32,000 nucleotides of DNA from Xanthomonas campestris pv. campestris str. ATCC 33913. Its GTDB lineage: Bacteria; Pseudomonadota; Gammaproteobacteria; Xanthomonadales; Xanthomonadaceae. Location: the NCBI RefSeq assembly GCF_000007145.1, contig NC_003902.1:3536497-3568496 (forward strand), read 5' to 3'. Position 1 is the stretch's first letter, and each line of letters starts with the position of its first letter. The position numbers and the translations under genes were made by a program. The notes below the pieces were generated by a model that saw nothing but the letters and a program-made list of their open reading frames with translations, ran no database searches and was not told the origin of the DNA. Shown in pieces: positions 15,777 through 23,847 of the stretch.

Positions 15777-16031
15777 ATGCCTGCACGCCGCAAGACCACT
15801 GCCACACCTCCCACACGCACCACAGATGAAGCTCGAACCTGGCTTCGTGCCAATGGCATCACCATTGCTTCATTCGCTCGCAAACATGGCTTGAGCCGCG
15901 ATGTTGTGGGCGATTTGCTACTTGGCAGAACAGTTGGGAATTTCGGAGACACACACCGCGCAGCAGTGCTGCTGGGCCTGAAACCGAACCCGGATTCTGC
16001 CACACAATCCCCGAAATCCTCGCGGAACTAG
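15777..16031 (+). CDS. small Cro/Ner-like DNA-binding protein (first gene of early rightward operon)
   Basis: 84 aa. EARTWLRANGITIASFARKHGLSRDVVGDLLLGR..GDTHRAAVLLGLK resembles Ner/phage-associated HTH proteins. Divergent from the repressor. Confidence 0.65.
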   Translation: MPARRKTTATPPTRTTDEARTWLRANGITIASFARKHGLSRDVVGDLLLGRTVGNFGDTHRAAVLLGLKPNPDSATQSPKSSRN

Positions 16032-16037
16032 GCGGGC

Positions 16038-16349
16038 ATGTCAGCCGTCCTTCCACGACGCAAAGCGGTCTTCATTTGTGAAGGCTGTGGGTCCTCACTG
16101 CACAAGCGCAGTAGCTATCTCACACACCGATTTCTTCGCAACGACGTGTACGTCTGCGACAACCCGGTGTGCGGTGCCAGCTACACCGGTCACACCGAAC
16201 TGACGGGCCTGTGCAGCCCCAGTGGCATGCCACACGCGCACAGCGATTTGCCGCCGACACCAGGCTACCTCCGCGCGATGGCACTCAAAGCGTACCGCGA
16301 GGTTGCCAATGCCGCGCAGATGGATCTTCTAGACGCCGCAGCACCGTAG
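16038..16349 (+). CDS. ogr: Ogr/Delta-family zinc-finger late-gene activator
   Basis: 103 aa. C-x2-C-x22-C-x4-C (CEGCGSSLHKRSSYLTHRFLRNDVYVCDNPVCGASYTGHTEL) matches the P2 Ogr/P4 Delta zinc-finger layout. Confidence 0.8.
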   Translation: MSAVLPRRKAVFICEGCGSSLHKRSSYLTHRFLRNDVYVCDNPVCGASYTGHTELTGLCSPSGMPHAHSDLPPTPGYLRAMALKAYREVANAAQMDLLDAAAP

Positions 16350-16371
16350 TTTTCAGCCTCAGGGGGCATCC

Positions 16372-16653
16372 ATGATGGGCAAGATCGAGCTTGCGGACCT
16401 TACGTCCGCTCAACAGTTGTGCCTGCAATCCGCCGTTCGCTGCGGTGGTCTGACCAAAACCGGTGCCGAATACGCACCGCGTTACCACCACGAGCGCGAA
16501 GTTGGACGCACCTACGACACAGCCACCGTGGCGCAGTTGATGCTGCGCGGTCTGCTCATGAGCAGCCGCACACACTCCATGCATGCGCTGGCGACCGATG
16601 CGGCAATGGAACTGCTGGACTACGGCAGCGTTGCGCGGGAGATCAGCGCATGA
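16372..16653 (+). CDS. hypothetical phage early protein
   Basis: 93-aa ORF in the early operon. Its stop overlaps the next ATG (ATGA). Confidence 0.55.
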   Translation: MMGKIELADLTSAQQLCLQSAVRCGGLTKTGAEYAPRYHHEREVGRTYDTATVAQLMLRGLLMSSRTHSMHALATDAAMELLDYGSVAREISA

Positions 16654-16889
16654 GCCAGAGCAACGGATGGGCTACCGCCCAGGCGCCGCGCTTTGTTGAC
16701 GCGCCTTCGCAAGCCAGCCAGCAGTACGTGGCACCGCACAAGAAGCGGGAACAGGCCGATGTGCTGCGCCTGCAGGTGGAAGCGCACCTGGCGAGCGGCG
16801 GTGCTTACGAGGTGATCACCACACCGCGCCCGATCGGCAAGAGCCTGGCTGCGCTGGCGCTGCGCTCCACTGTGCGCAAGGGCGGCTGA
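16650..16889 (+). CDS. hypothetical phage early protein
   Basis: 79 aa starting at ATG 16650 (ATGA coupling). The upstream part of ORF 16419-16889 overlaps the previous gene. Confidence 0.5.
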   Translation: MSQSNGWATAQAPRFVDAPSQASQQYVAPHKKREQADVLRLQVEAHLASGGAYEVITTPRPIGKSLAALALRSTVRKGG

Positions 16890-16892
16890 TCC

Positions 16893-19580
16893 ATGCAGGA
16901 GGATCTACGGCAACTGGTGCTGCAGCGACTTGAGCGCGACTATGGCCTCAAGCATCGCAGCGGTACCAGCTACATGCGCGGCGGCGTGTGCCCAGCCTGC
17001 AGCAAGAAGGAGCTCTACACCTTCGAGCCGAAGCCGTGGGTCATCAAATGCGGCCGCGAAGCCAAGTGCGGCCACGAATTGCACGTCAAGGATCTGTACG
17101 ACGACCTGTTCGACGATTGGTCCAAGCGCTTTCCGATGACCCAGGCCTCGCCAACCGCATCGGCAGACGCCTATCTGGAATCCTCGCGCGGCTTCGCGCT
17201 GGCGCCGCTGCGTGGTCTGTACACGCAGGAAAGCTACTACGACATCAAGGTCAAGGAGGGCACCGCTACGGTGCGCTTCGCGCTCGACAAGGGCGGCTGG
17301 TGGGAACGCCTGATCGATCGGCCGCACAGGTTCGGCAAGCAGAAGGCGCGCTTCGCGCCAGGCAAGAGCTACGCGGGAGCATGGTGGTGCGCGCCGGCGG
17401 CTGCAGAATTGATGCGCACGGCGACCGAGGTGTGGATTGTCGAGGGCATCTTCGATGCGATCGCGCTGCTGCAGCACGGCGTCTGCGCCGTGTCCGCCAT
17501 GTCGTGCAATGCCTTTCCTGATGAGTCCCTGCGGCAGCTGGCGAAGCTACGCGCCGGCAATCTGCCGACGCTGGTGTGGGGCCTGGACAACGAGCCTGGC
17601 GCGCGCGACTACACCCACAAGCATGCCCGCCGCGCCGATGCACTGGGCTTCAATAGCCGTGCGGCGCTGATCGCGCAGCCGGTCACCGGCAAAAAGATCG
17701 ACTGGAACGATCTGCACCTACGTGCACAGGCAGGCGGCGACAGCCAGAAGCAATGGGACGCGGCGCTGACCGAAGCGCGCTATCAGGGCGATTTGCTCAT
17801 GGCCCGCTCGGCGATCGAGAAGGGCTTGCTCATGTACGACCACAACCAGGCTTCCGACTTCTGGCTGGAGTATCGCTCGCGCTTGTACTGGTTCGAGTTC
17901 GACACGGTGCGATTCGAGAAGCTGCTGCGCGACGTGGAGCCGGAAGAAGACAGCGAGATCGATCCGGACAAGCTGGCGAAGATCCGCCGTGCCGCGTGCT
18001 CGGTGAACAAGATCGCCAACTGCTATCCGGAAGCGCTGTATTTCCAGCGCCAGGAGGTCACCGACGAAAGCTGGTACTACTTCCGCATCGACTTCCCTCA
18101 CGACGCGAACAGTGTCAAAGGCACCTTTACAGGCGGCCATATCTCCAGCGCCAGTGAGTTCAAGAAGCGCCTGATCAGCCTGGCCGCCGGTGCGATGTTC
18201 ACCGGTAGCGGGCACCAGCTCGATCGCCTGATTGAAGAGCAGACCGAGGCAATCAAGACCGTGGAGGCCATCGACTTTGTTGGCTACTCCAAGGAACACC
18301 GTGCCTATCTGCTTGGCGACATCGCGGTGCGCGATGGTGAGGTAGTCACCGCCAACGAAGAGGATTACTTCAGCTTCAAGAAGCTACGACTGAAGAGCAC
18401 GCAGAAGTCGATCCGCTTAGAGATCCAGCGCGATCCAGAGGCGTTCCGCATGGATTGGCTGCCGTGGCTGTGGCAGTGCTTTGGCACGCACGGCATGGTC
18501 GCTATGACGTTCTGGTTCGGCTCACTGTTCGCCGAGCAGATCCGCGCCGGGCACAAGAGCTTCCCGTTCCTCGAAGCTACTGGTGAAGCTGGCGCCGGCA
18601 AGACCACGTTGCTGACCTTCCTGTGGAAGCTGCTGGGCCGTTCCGACTACGAGGGCTTCGACCCAGCAAAGTCGTCCAAGGCCGGCCGCGCACGCGCCAT
18701 GGGACAGATCTCCGGTATGCCGGTAGTGCTGCTGGAAGCGGACCGCAGCGAGCCAGACAAGGCACACGCAAAGACGTTTGAGTGGGACGAACTGAAGGAC
18801 TTCTTCGGTGGCGGCACCCTGGCGACACGCGGCGTGCGAAATGGCGGCAACGACACCTACGAGCCGCCATTTCGCGGCACGATCGTGATTAGTCAGAACG
18901 CAGCGGTCGATGCGTCAGAAGCGATCCTCACCCGCATCGTAAAGCTGCACTTCAAGCGCCCACAGGTCACCACTGAAAGCCGCATCGCGGCCGATAACCT
19001 CAACGCGCTGCAGGTCGAAGAACTAAGCCATTTCCTGATCAAGGCGGTGCGTTGCGAAGGTGCCATCCTGGAGAAGTTTGCCGAGCGGGTGAAGTTTTAC
19101 GAGGCGCGCCTGCGCGAGAAGCCGGATCTGCGCCTGGAGCGTGTCATCAAGAACCACGCACAGATGCTGGCGCTGCTGGATTGCCTGCGCATGGTGATCA
19201 CCATTCCCGAAGAGATGATCAAGGCCACGCGCGATGCGTTGCTGGAGATGGCGTTCGAGCGGCAGAAGGCGATCAGCGCCGACCACGCGCAAGTAAACGA
19301 GTTCTGGGAGGTCTACGAGTACTTGGAGGCCACCGGCAACGGCAAGCCTGTGGTGAACCATAGCCGCGATGCCAGCCGCATCGCGATCAACCTCAATCAG
19401 TTCGCAGCCAAGGCGGCGCAGTTCAGTCAGGTTGTGCCCGATCTCAAGGTGCTGCGCGGCCTGTTGGCGGATTCGCGCCGGCACAAGCTGGTGTCGGCCA
19501 ACACCGCCGTCAACAGCGCAGTGCTCACCAACGGCTTCGGCGCCGGCACAACCGTGAAGTGCTGGGTGTTCTCGAAGTGA
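16893..19580 (+). CDS. replication protein: zinc-binding N-terminus + toprim primase domain + P-loop NTPase (helicase-like) domain
   Basis: 895 aa. CPACSKKE..CGREAKCGHELH Cys cluster; toprim motifs VWIVEGIFDAIAL and LVWGLDNEPG; Walker A GEAGAGKTT and Walker B-like VVLLEAD. Confidence 0.85.
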   Translation: MQEDLRQLVLQRLERDYGLKHRSGTSYMRGGVCPACSKKELYTFEPKPWVIKCGREAKCGHELHVKDLYDDLFDDWSKRFPMTQASPTASADAYLESSRGFALAPLRGLYTQESYYDIKVKEGTATVRFALDKGGWWERLIDRPHRFGKQKARFAPGKSYAGAWWCAPAAAELMRTATEVWIVEGIFDAIALLQHGVCAVSAMSCNAFPDESLRQLAKLRAGNLPTLVWGLDNEPGARDYTHKHARRADALGFNSRAALIAQPVTGKKIDWNDLHLRAQAGGDSQKQWDAALTEARYQGDLLMARSAIEKGLLMYDHNQASDFWLEYRSRLYWFEFDTVRFEKLLRDVEPEEDSEIDPDKLAKIRRAACSVNKIANCYPEALYFQRQEVTDESWYYFRIDFPHDANSVKGTFTGGHISSASEFKKRLISLAAGAMFTGSGHQLDRLIEEQTEAIKTVEAIDFVGYSKEHRAYLLGDIAVRDGEVVTANEEDYFSFKKLRLKSTQKSIRLEIQRDPEAFRMDWLPWLWQCFGTHGMVAMTFWFGSLFAEQIRAGHKSFPFLEATGEAGAGKTTLLTFLWKLLGRSDYEGFDPAKSSKAGRARAMGQISGMPVVLLEADRSEPDKAHAKTFEWDELKDFFGGGTLATRGVRNGGNDTYEPPFRGTIVISQNAAVDASEAILTRIVKLHFKRPQVTTESRIAADNLNALQVEELSHFLIKAVRCEGAILEKFAERVKFYEARLREKPDLRLERVIKNHAQMLALLDCLRMVITIPEEMIKATRDALLEMAFERQKAISADHAQVNEFWEVYEYLEATGNGKPVVNHSRDASRIAINLNQFAAKAAQFSQVVPDLKVLRGLLADSRRHKLVSANTAVNSAVLTNGFGAGTTVKCWVFSK

Positions 19581-19696
19581 GTACCGCAGATTTCCGCATT
19601 TTCCCGTTGACACGCCCCAAGGATCGGAGCGAGTATTCCTACGTCGCCGCACAATCGGTGACCGGGCTTGGCAGCCTGAATACAAGCGGCGCAATA

Positions 19697-19730
19697 GCGC
19701 CCATCGACCGATGTCTGGCGCTTTTTTATT
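19697..19730 (+). terminator. possible intrinsic terminator after the replication gene
   Basis: GCGCC-(15 nt containing CATCGaCCGATG)-GGCGC followed by TTTTTTATT. An alternative upstream hairpin is GGCGC-aata-GCGCC (19688-19701). Confidence 0.4.
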
Positions 19731-19891
19731 GCCCGACGTCGAGTTGGGCGCATGCCTGCCAGTTCTATGGCGGGCGGTGCGTGGAGGGCTTCGGCCCTGC
19801 CGGTTCCGTTTGTCCGGTCTGCCAACCCGCACCGTCCGCCACCTTGCTTGGCAGCAAGTGGGCGGATTCCAGACCACAAACGGAATCCAAA

Positions 19892-20110
19892 ATGTCCTAC
19901 GACACCCAAGAAGCGCCCGCGTCTGCGGCGCGCCAGGTCGCACACTATTTCGGCCTGATCGCCAACACCCTTGAATGGAACCATGCCGCGTGGCTGAGCC
20001 TGATGGCTCGCCTCGAAGGCACTGGCAAGGCTATCCAAGCCCTCACGCTTGCCGACGTTGAAGCCGCGATTGCTGCCGTTGATACCGCGTTTGCGGAGGC
20101 GCAGCGATGA
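19892..20110 (+). CDS. hypothetical phage protein
   Basis: 72 aa from ATG 19892. The upstream 111 codons of ORF 19559-20110 cross terminator-like structures and are probably non-coding. Stop overlaps the next ATG (ATGA). Confidence 0.5.
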   Translation: MSYDTQEAPASAARQVAHYFGLIANTLEWNHAAWLSLMARLEGTGKAIQALTLADVEAAIAAVDTAFAEAQR

Positions 20111-20385
20111 GTGCCAACAAGCAATTTCGCGTCTGCCCAGGCGTCATCCTCAGCTTCGAGATGATGCAAGGCTATGTGCTGGCAATGCTGCATTCCGACG
20201 CGCAACACGATGTGGCGCCTGTGCTGATCGCTTGCGAAGCAACGGGCTTTGATGACGTGTTGTTGGGGGGCGATGCGCATAGCGTCGTGCTAGGCCGGCT
20301 GCATGTCTGCATGCGTGTGGATCTTGCCGTCGACGTGCTCACCTGGCTGCAGAAACAGGCGCGCGCGAATGGAGCCGCACGATGA
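20107..20385 (+). CDS. hypothetical phage protein
   Basis: 92-aa ORF, ATGA-coupled on both sides. Confidence 0.5.
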   Translation: MSANKQFRVCPGVILSFEMMQGYVLAMLHSDAQHDVAPVLIACEATGFDDVLLGGDAHSVVLGRLHVCMRVDLAVDVLTWLQKQARANGAAR

Positions 20386-20645
20386 ACAGCGTGCGTGCAA
20401 CCGCTTATCCAGAAGACGCCGACTATACGATCAGCGAAGAAGAACACGACCGCCTGTGGCGCGTGCAGCAAGCAGCCAGCTTGCTCGCCACCCTCAATCA
20501 CGACATCGCCACACGCGCAGGGATCAGTCACGACGGCATTGCCGCTGTTGCCGATTTCATGCGCGAAGAGTTGCTCGACATCGCCTGCAACGCCAGGCAC
20601 GTGCGCGAACCCACCAAGCCGCCAACCGGCGCCGATTTGATCTGA
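20382..20645 (+). CDS. hypothetical phage protein (acidic)
   Basis: 87-aa ORF, ATGA-coupled to the upstream gene. Confidence 0.5.
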   Translation: MNSVRATAYPEDADYTISEEEHDRLWRVQQAASLLATLNHDIATRAGISHDGIAAVADFMREELLDIACNARHVREPTKPPTGADLI

Positions 20646-20665
20646 CCTGTTCCAGCGGGTCCGGC

Positions 20666-20687
20666 GGGCGGTGCGTCAACACCGCCC
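20666..20687 (+). other. perfect 8-bp GC-rich hairpin (GGGCGGTG-cgtcaa-CACCGCCC) in a 78-nt intergenic gap
   Basis: Read directly from the sequence. No U-tract follows; possible attenuator or processing site. Confidence 0.35.
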
Positions 20688-20723
20688 CTGGACCTTCCAT
20701 CAACGAAGCTCGAGGAGAGCCAC

Positions 20724-21134
20724 ATGCAACAGCACGCTGTCACACGCTCGCAGATTTCCAGTGCCGGACCCGGCCAGGAGGCTACCACGCCCGTCGAAGC
20801 CGCTTTCGACTTAGCCGTAGGCAAGGATTGCAGCGCGATCGCCACGCTCTACATCACCCACGACGCAGTCGTGGTGGTAGCCGCTCTGACCATGGGGCAG
20901 CACAGCAGTGCCGCCCAGCGCTGGGAGCGCCGCCGAGGCCCTGGCAAAGGATGGAAGCTGATCAGCGGCCCACGCCTGTTCACCAGCGAGGCCCACCGGA
21001 TCAGCAATGCGCTGGCCAAATTTATGGACGATCTGGATTTTCCTTTCGACCTGGCCAACATGCTGCCGCGCCGCCCGACCGCCGCTGCCGAGGCGGCGAT
21101 CGCTGCTGCCGCGCGGGAGGTGGCGCATGCTTAA
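20724..21134 (+). CDS. hypothetical phage protein
   Basis: 136-aa ORF with a GAGGAG RBS 6 nt upstream. Confidence 0.55.
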   Translation: MQQHAVTRSQISSAGPGQEATTPVEAAFDLAVGKDCSAIATLYITHDAVVVVAALTMGQHSSAAQRWERRRGPGKGWKLISGPRLFTSEAHRISNALAKFMDDLDFPFDLANMLPRRPTAAAEAAIAAAAREVAHA

Positions 21135-21303
21135 TTTGGTCCTGATCATGATTGCGCCGACGATCGGCGGCGCGCTGCTCTACCGCCTATGGATCTCGCG
21201 CCCGACGCGTACCGCACATATCGGGCTGGCCGTAGGGCAGATCCCGCAGCGCCTGCGCCGCCGTCGCGCCATGGCCGTGCGCCGGATGGTGGCCCATGGC
21301 TGA
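21127..21303 (+). CDS. small hydrophobic protein (one predicted TM helix)
   Basis: 58 aa from ATG 21127 (ATGCTTAA overlap). Sequence MLNLVLIMIAPTIGGALLYRLWI followed by an Arg-rich tail. Confidence 0.4.
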   Translation: MLNLVLIMIAPTIGGALLYRLWISRPTRTAHIGLAVGQIPQRLRRRRAMAVRRMVAHG

Positions 21304-21571
21304 GTCAATCGTGGTCTATGGGCCGATGGCCAGCGGCAAGTCGCTCAACGCCGAGGCGATCTGCCAGGCCTACGGCCTTAAACGCGTGGTGGAGTTGGAC
21401 GAGCGACTGCAACGCAAGGGCGAGGACTGGCAACTGAGCCAGAACGATGTGGTCATGTTGACCAATGACCAGGCGCTGGCCGAACGCACTGCGCAGCGCA
21501 TGCGTGTCAAAACGGTTGCGATCACCGAGGCTCGTCTGCGGGTTGGCGCCGCGTGGAGGGCGCTGCGATGA
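21296..21571 (+). CDS. mini P-loop protein (Walker A only, 91 aa)
   Basis: VVYGPMASGKS is a G-x4-GK[ST] Walker A, and VVMLTND is a possible Walker B. It is too short for a complete NTPase fold. Confidence 0.5.
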   Translation: MAESIVVYGPMASGKSLNAEAICQAYGLKRVVELDERLQRKGEDWQLSQNDVVMLTNDQALAERTAQRMRVKTVAITEARLRVGAAWRALR

Positions 21572-21813
21572 ACCTTGATCGCGTCATTGCTGTATCCCGC
21601 GCTGCACAGCGCAACGACGGCCCCGGTCCGCTGTCTACCGGGGAAGCGTTGACCGCTGCCCTGGTGCTCAACCGGCACGACTGGCTCGCGGACATGGATT
21701 ACACCATCGCGCAGGCGCTCGATCGGATCGATGAAGACACCACTGCGCACCTACGGCAGGCAGAGCGAGCGATCCGGAACGGCGCGGGGGCAGCGGAGGA
21801 AAATACCGCATGA
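21568..21813 (+). CDS. hypothetical phage protein
   Basis: 81 aa from ATG 21568 (ATGA overlap). GTG 21553 is an alternative start. Confidence 0.5.
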   Translation: MNLDRVIAVSRAAQRNDGPGPLSTGEALTAALVLNRHDWLADMDYTIAQALDRIDEDTTAHLRQAERAIRNGAGAAEENTA

Positions 21814-22082
21814 CACAGCGCGAGATCTCGCACCCTGAGCCGCTTCCCGCCTGCAGGGCCGGTCATGTGGGCCGACACATCGTTGATAGCCGTCGCCTGC
21901 AGGCCGGCGGCGGACACGTCATTGAGTGTCGATGCGGCCGCACCAAGAAGCACTCCGCCTTCGACCAGGCACTGGCCGAATGGAAGCGGATGCACCGCAT
22001 CCGCGTACTACGACAGACGGCGCCAGCCGACAGCAACGTGGTGCAGCTGGGCCTACGCCTGCGCGGAGGCACCGGCCAATGA
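21810..22082 (+). CDS. hypothetical phage protein
   Basis: 90-aa ORF, ATGA-coupled on both sides. Confidence 0.5.
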   Translation: MTQREISHPEPLPACRAGHVGRHIVDSRRLQAGGGHVIECRCGRTKKHSAFDQALAEWKRMHRIRVLRQTAPADSNVVQLGLRLRGGTGQ

Positions 22083-22285
22083 GCGATGAGGAAACAGAAG
22101 TACACCGGCGCCAATGCGAAGCGCGTTACTGGCTGCGACAGGGGTACACCGACGCCAGATCGGTCGCCCTGTTGCAGCAACTGGTCGCCGCCAAGCGTGG
22201 CGACCAGGCGGCGCAGGATCTGCGCGACGAGATGCGCGAGCAATGGAAGAGCCGCCGGCAGTGGCAGAAGGAGCAGCTGCTATGA
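22079..22285 (+). CDS. hypothetical phage protein
   Basis: 68 aa from ATG 22079 (ATGA overlap); MSDEETEVHRRQCEARYWLRQGY.. Confidence 0.45.
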   Translation: MSDEETEVHRRQCEARYWLRQGYTDARSVALLQQLVAAKRGDQAAQDLRDEMREQWKSRRQWQKEQLL

Positions 22286-22503
22286 CCGGGCGAATCCTGC
22301 ATTTCGTCGACCTGCAGCGCATCTGTTCGCCGGACGGCCCGGCGCCACGCCTCACCGTCGTCTGCCGCTGGGCTGACCGCGAAGGCATCCGCTACCGCTA
22401 CGACCGCAAGGGTCGGATATGGACAACGATCGACGCAGTGAATGCCGCGCTTGGCATCGCCGAGCCTGCGGCCAACCAAGAAAATGCCATGGAGCTGATC
22501 TGA
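22282..22503 (+). CDS. small protein immediately upstream of int; candidate excisionase / DNA-binding accessory factor
   Basis: 73 aa from ATG 22282 (ATGA overlap). Its stop overlaps the int ATG (TGATG). The call rests on position and a loose resemblance to small integrase-associated proteins. Confidence 0.4.
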   Translation: MTGRILHFVDLQRICSPDGPAPRLTVVCRWADREGIRYRYDRKGRIWTTIDAVNAALGIAEPAANQENAMELI

Positions 22504-23702
22504 TGGGACGCGGTAGAAAACGGAAGTTCAACCCAGCCATTCCTAGCCATGTTGACCAACAAGCCCTTCCTCAAGGGCTTTATTGGGAGAGCAACCGCTG
22601 GTTCATGTATGAGCCTCATAAAGAAGGAGGGCGTCTCACGAAGCGAACGGTTGCGCTTGCCAGTGCACGTCTCTCCGAGCTGCATGCGATTGTCGAAGCG
22701 GCTAGGGGAGGTAGCGCGCAAGGGACGCTGGCCTATCTTTGCGATCATTTTCTTGGCACCCCGCCGATTGCCGCATCCAGTGAGTTCAAGGAACTCGCGG
22801 CGGGGACGCAGAAAGACTATCGCCAATGCGCTGCTGCGGCGTGCAGCTACGTGCTGAAGGACGGTTCCACCCTGGGAAAGATGCAAGTTGCGCGGATGAA
22901 TATCCCCATGATCCAGCGTCTTGTTGAGACGCTGGCAAACGGACGCTCCGCCAGTGCGTCGCAGCCATTGATTGAGCCCCGTCCAAGCAAGGCAAATCAC
23001 GTCCTGCGTTTCCTCAGAAGGTTGTTCTCTTGGGGGATGCGATTCGGGCTTTGCGCCCACAATCCTGCCAAGGGCGTGCGGCAGGCGAGGGAGCTGGCCG
23101 AGCATAAAATGCCGGAGTCCGATGCGTTTGCCACGATTTTAGACTTCGCTCGCCAGCGCGGCCGGCTCAAGGCACACAGCCTTGGCAGCGTCTCTCCCTA
23201 CTTACATGCGGTGATGCAATTGGCTTACAACCTGCGACTTCGTGGGGTTGAGGTCACCGAACTCACTGACGCACATGCTGACGAGGTCGGGATCCGGAGC
23301 AACCGGCGCAAAGGCTCTCGGGACAACATCACCACGTGGAATGACGAATTGAGGGAGGCTTGGCAGTGGCTGGTCGGCTATCGGAAAGATGCAATGTCGG
23401 CGCGCGGCCGCCCCGTGGAGCTGAAGCCCGAAAAACGTCGCCTTCTGGTCAATCAGTCAGGTACACCCCTAAGTAAAGGGGCGCTGGACAGCGCATGGCA
23501 GCGGATGATGCAGATGGCGATTCGAGAGAAGGTCATCAGGGAAGATCAGCGCTTCTCGCTGCACGGTCTCAAGCATCGCGGCATCACCGATACGGTTGGG
23601 AACCGCGCCGACAAGCAAGACGCCGCTGGGCACAAGTCGCCTCATATGACTCAACGTTACGACCACCAGGTGCCCGTCGTGAGTCCGCCGAAAAAGCAGT
23701 GA
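22503..23702 (+). CDS. int: tyrosine-type site-specific integrase
   Basis: 399 aa from ATG 22503. The C-terminal catalytic region is ..FSLHGLKHRGITDTVGN..AAGHKSPHMTQRYDH (H-x-x-R, H, Y). It lies adjacent to a tRNA 3' end. Confidence 0.9.
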   Translation: MGRGRKRKFNPAIPSHVDQQALPQGLYWESNRWFMYEPHKEGGRLTKRTVALASARLSELHAIVEAARGGSAQGTLAYLCDHFLGTPPIAASSEFKELAAGTQKDYRQCAAAACSYVLKDGSTLGKMQVARMNIPMIQRLVETLANGRSASASQPLIEPRPSKANHVLRFLRRLFSWGMRFGLCAHNPAKGVRQARELAEHKMPESDAFATILDFARQRGRLKAHSLGSVSPYLHAVMQLAYNLRLRGVEVTELTDAHADEVGIRSNRRKGSRDNITTWNDELREAWQWLVGYRKDAMSARGRPVELKPEKRRLLVNQSGTPLSKGALDSAWQRMMQMAIREKVIREDQRFSLHGLKHRGITDTVGNRADKQDAAGHKSPHMTQRYDHQVPVVSPPKKQ

Positions 23703-23709
23703 CCGCACA

Positions 23710-23742
23710 GCGCTGCAGTTGCCGAACTCGTGGCTGCAGCGC
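23710..23742 (+). other. perfect 9-bp inverted repeat GCGCTGCAG-(15 nt)-CTGCAGCGC just downstream of int, inside the att arm
   Basis: Read directly from the sequence. A T10 run follows at 23776-23785. Confidence 0.4.
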
Positions 23743-23806
23743 GACTCAGTGGGGCCGTGGAACAATGAAATTCAGTTTTTTTTTTCAACAATTTTTCCAA
23801 ACGCAC

Positions 23807-23827
23807 AAAAAAGGCGCCATCGGCGCC
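23807..23827 (-). terminator. Rho-independent terminator downstream of tRNA-Lys
   Basis: On the minus strand, GGCGCC-gat-GGCGCC is followed by TTTTTT, 20 nt after the tRNA 3' end. Confidence 0.6.
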
Positions 23828-23847
23828 ATCTAAGTCATTGAATTTAT

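Larger units (their letters stand above)
1..23847. mobile_element. P2-like prophage, right-hand portion (left end lies outside the window); right junction at the 3' end of tRNA-Lys
   Basis: Contiguous P2-type late genes (R,S,J,I,H-like,V,W,FI,FII,E,E',T,U,D), a repressor/cro switch, an Ogr-type zinc finger, a primase and a tyrosine integrase. These are followed directly by a tRNA and then conserved host genes. Confidence 0.9.

Noticed and set aside
19559-19891. N-terminal 111 codons of ORF 19559-20110
   Set aside because: This part starts inside the primase gene end, crosses terminator-like hairpins and a T-run, and has no RBS. The internal ATG 19892 gives a compact gene coupled to the next ORF.
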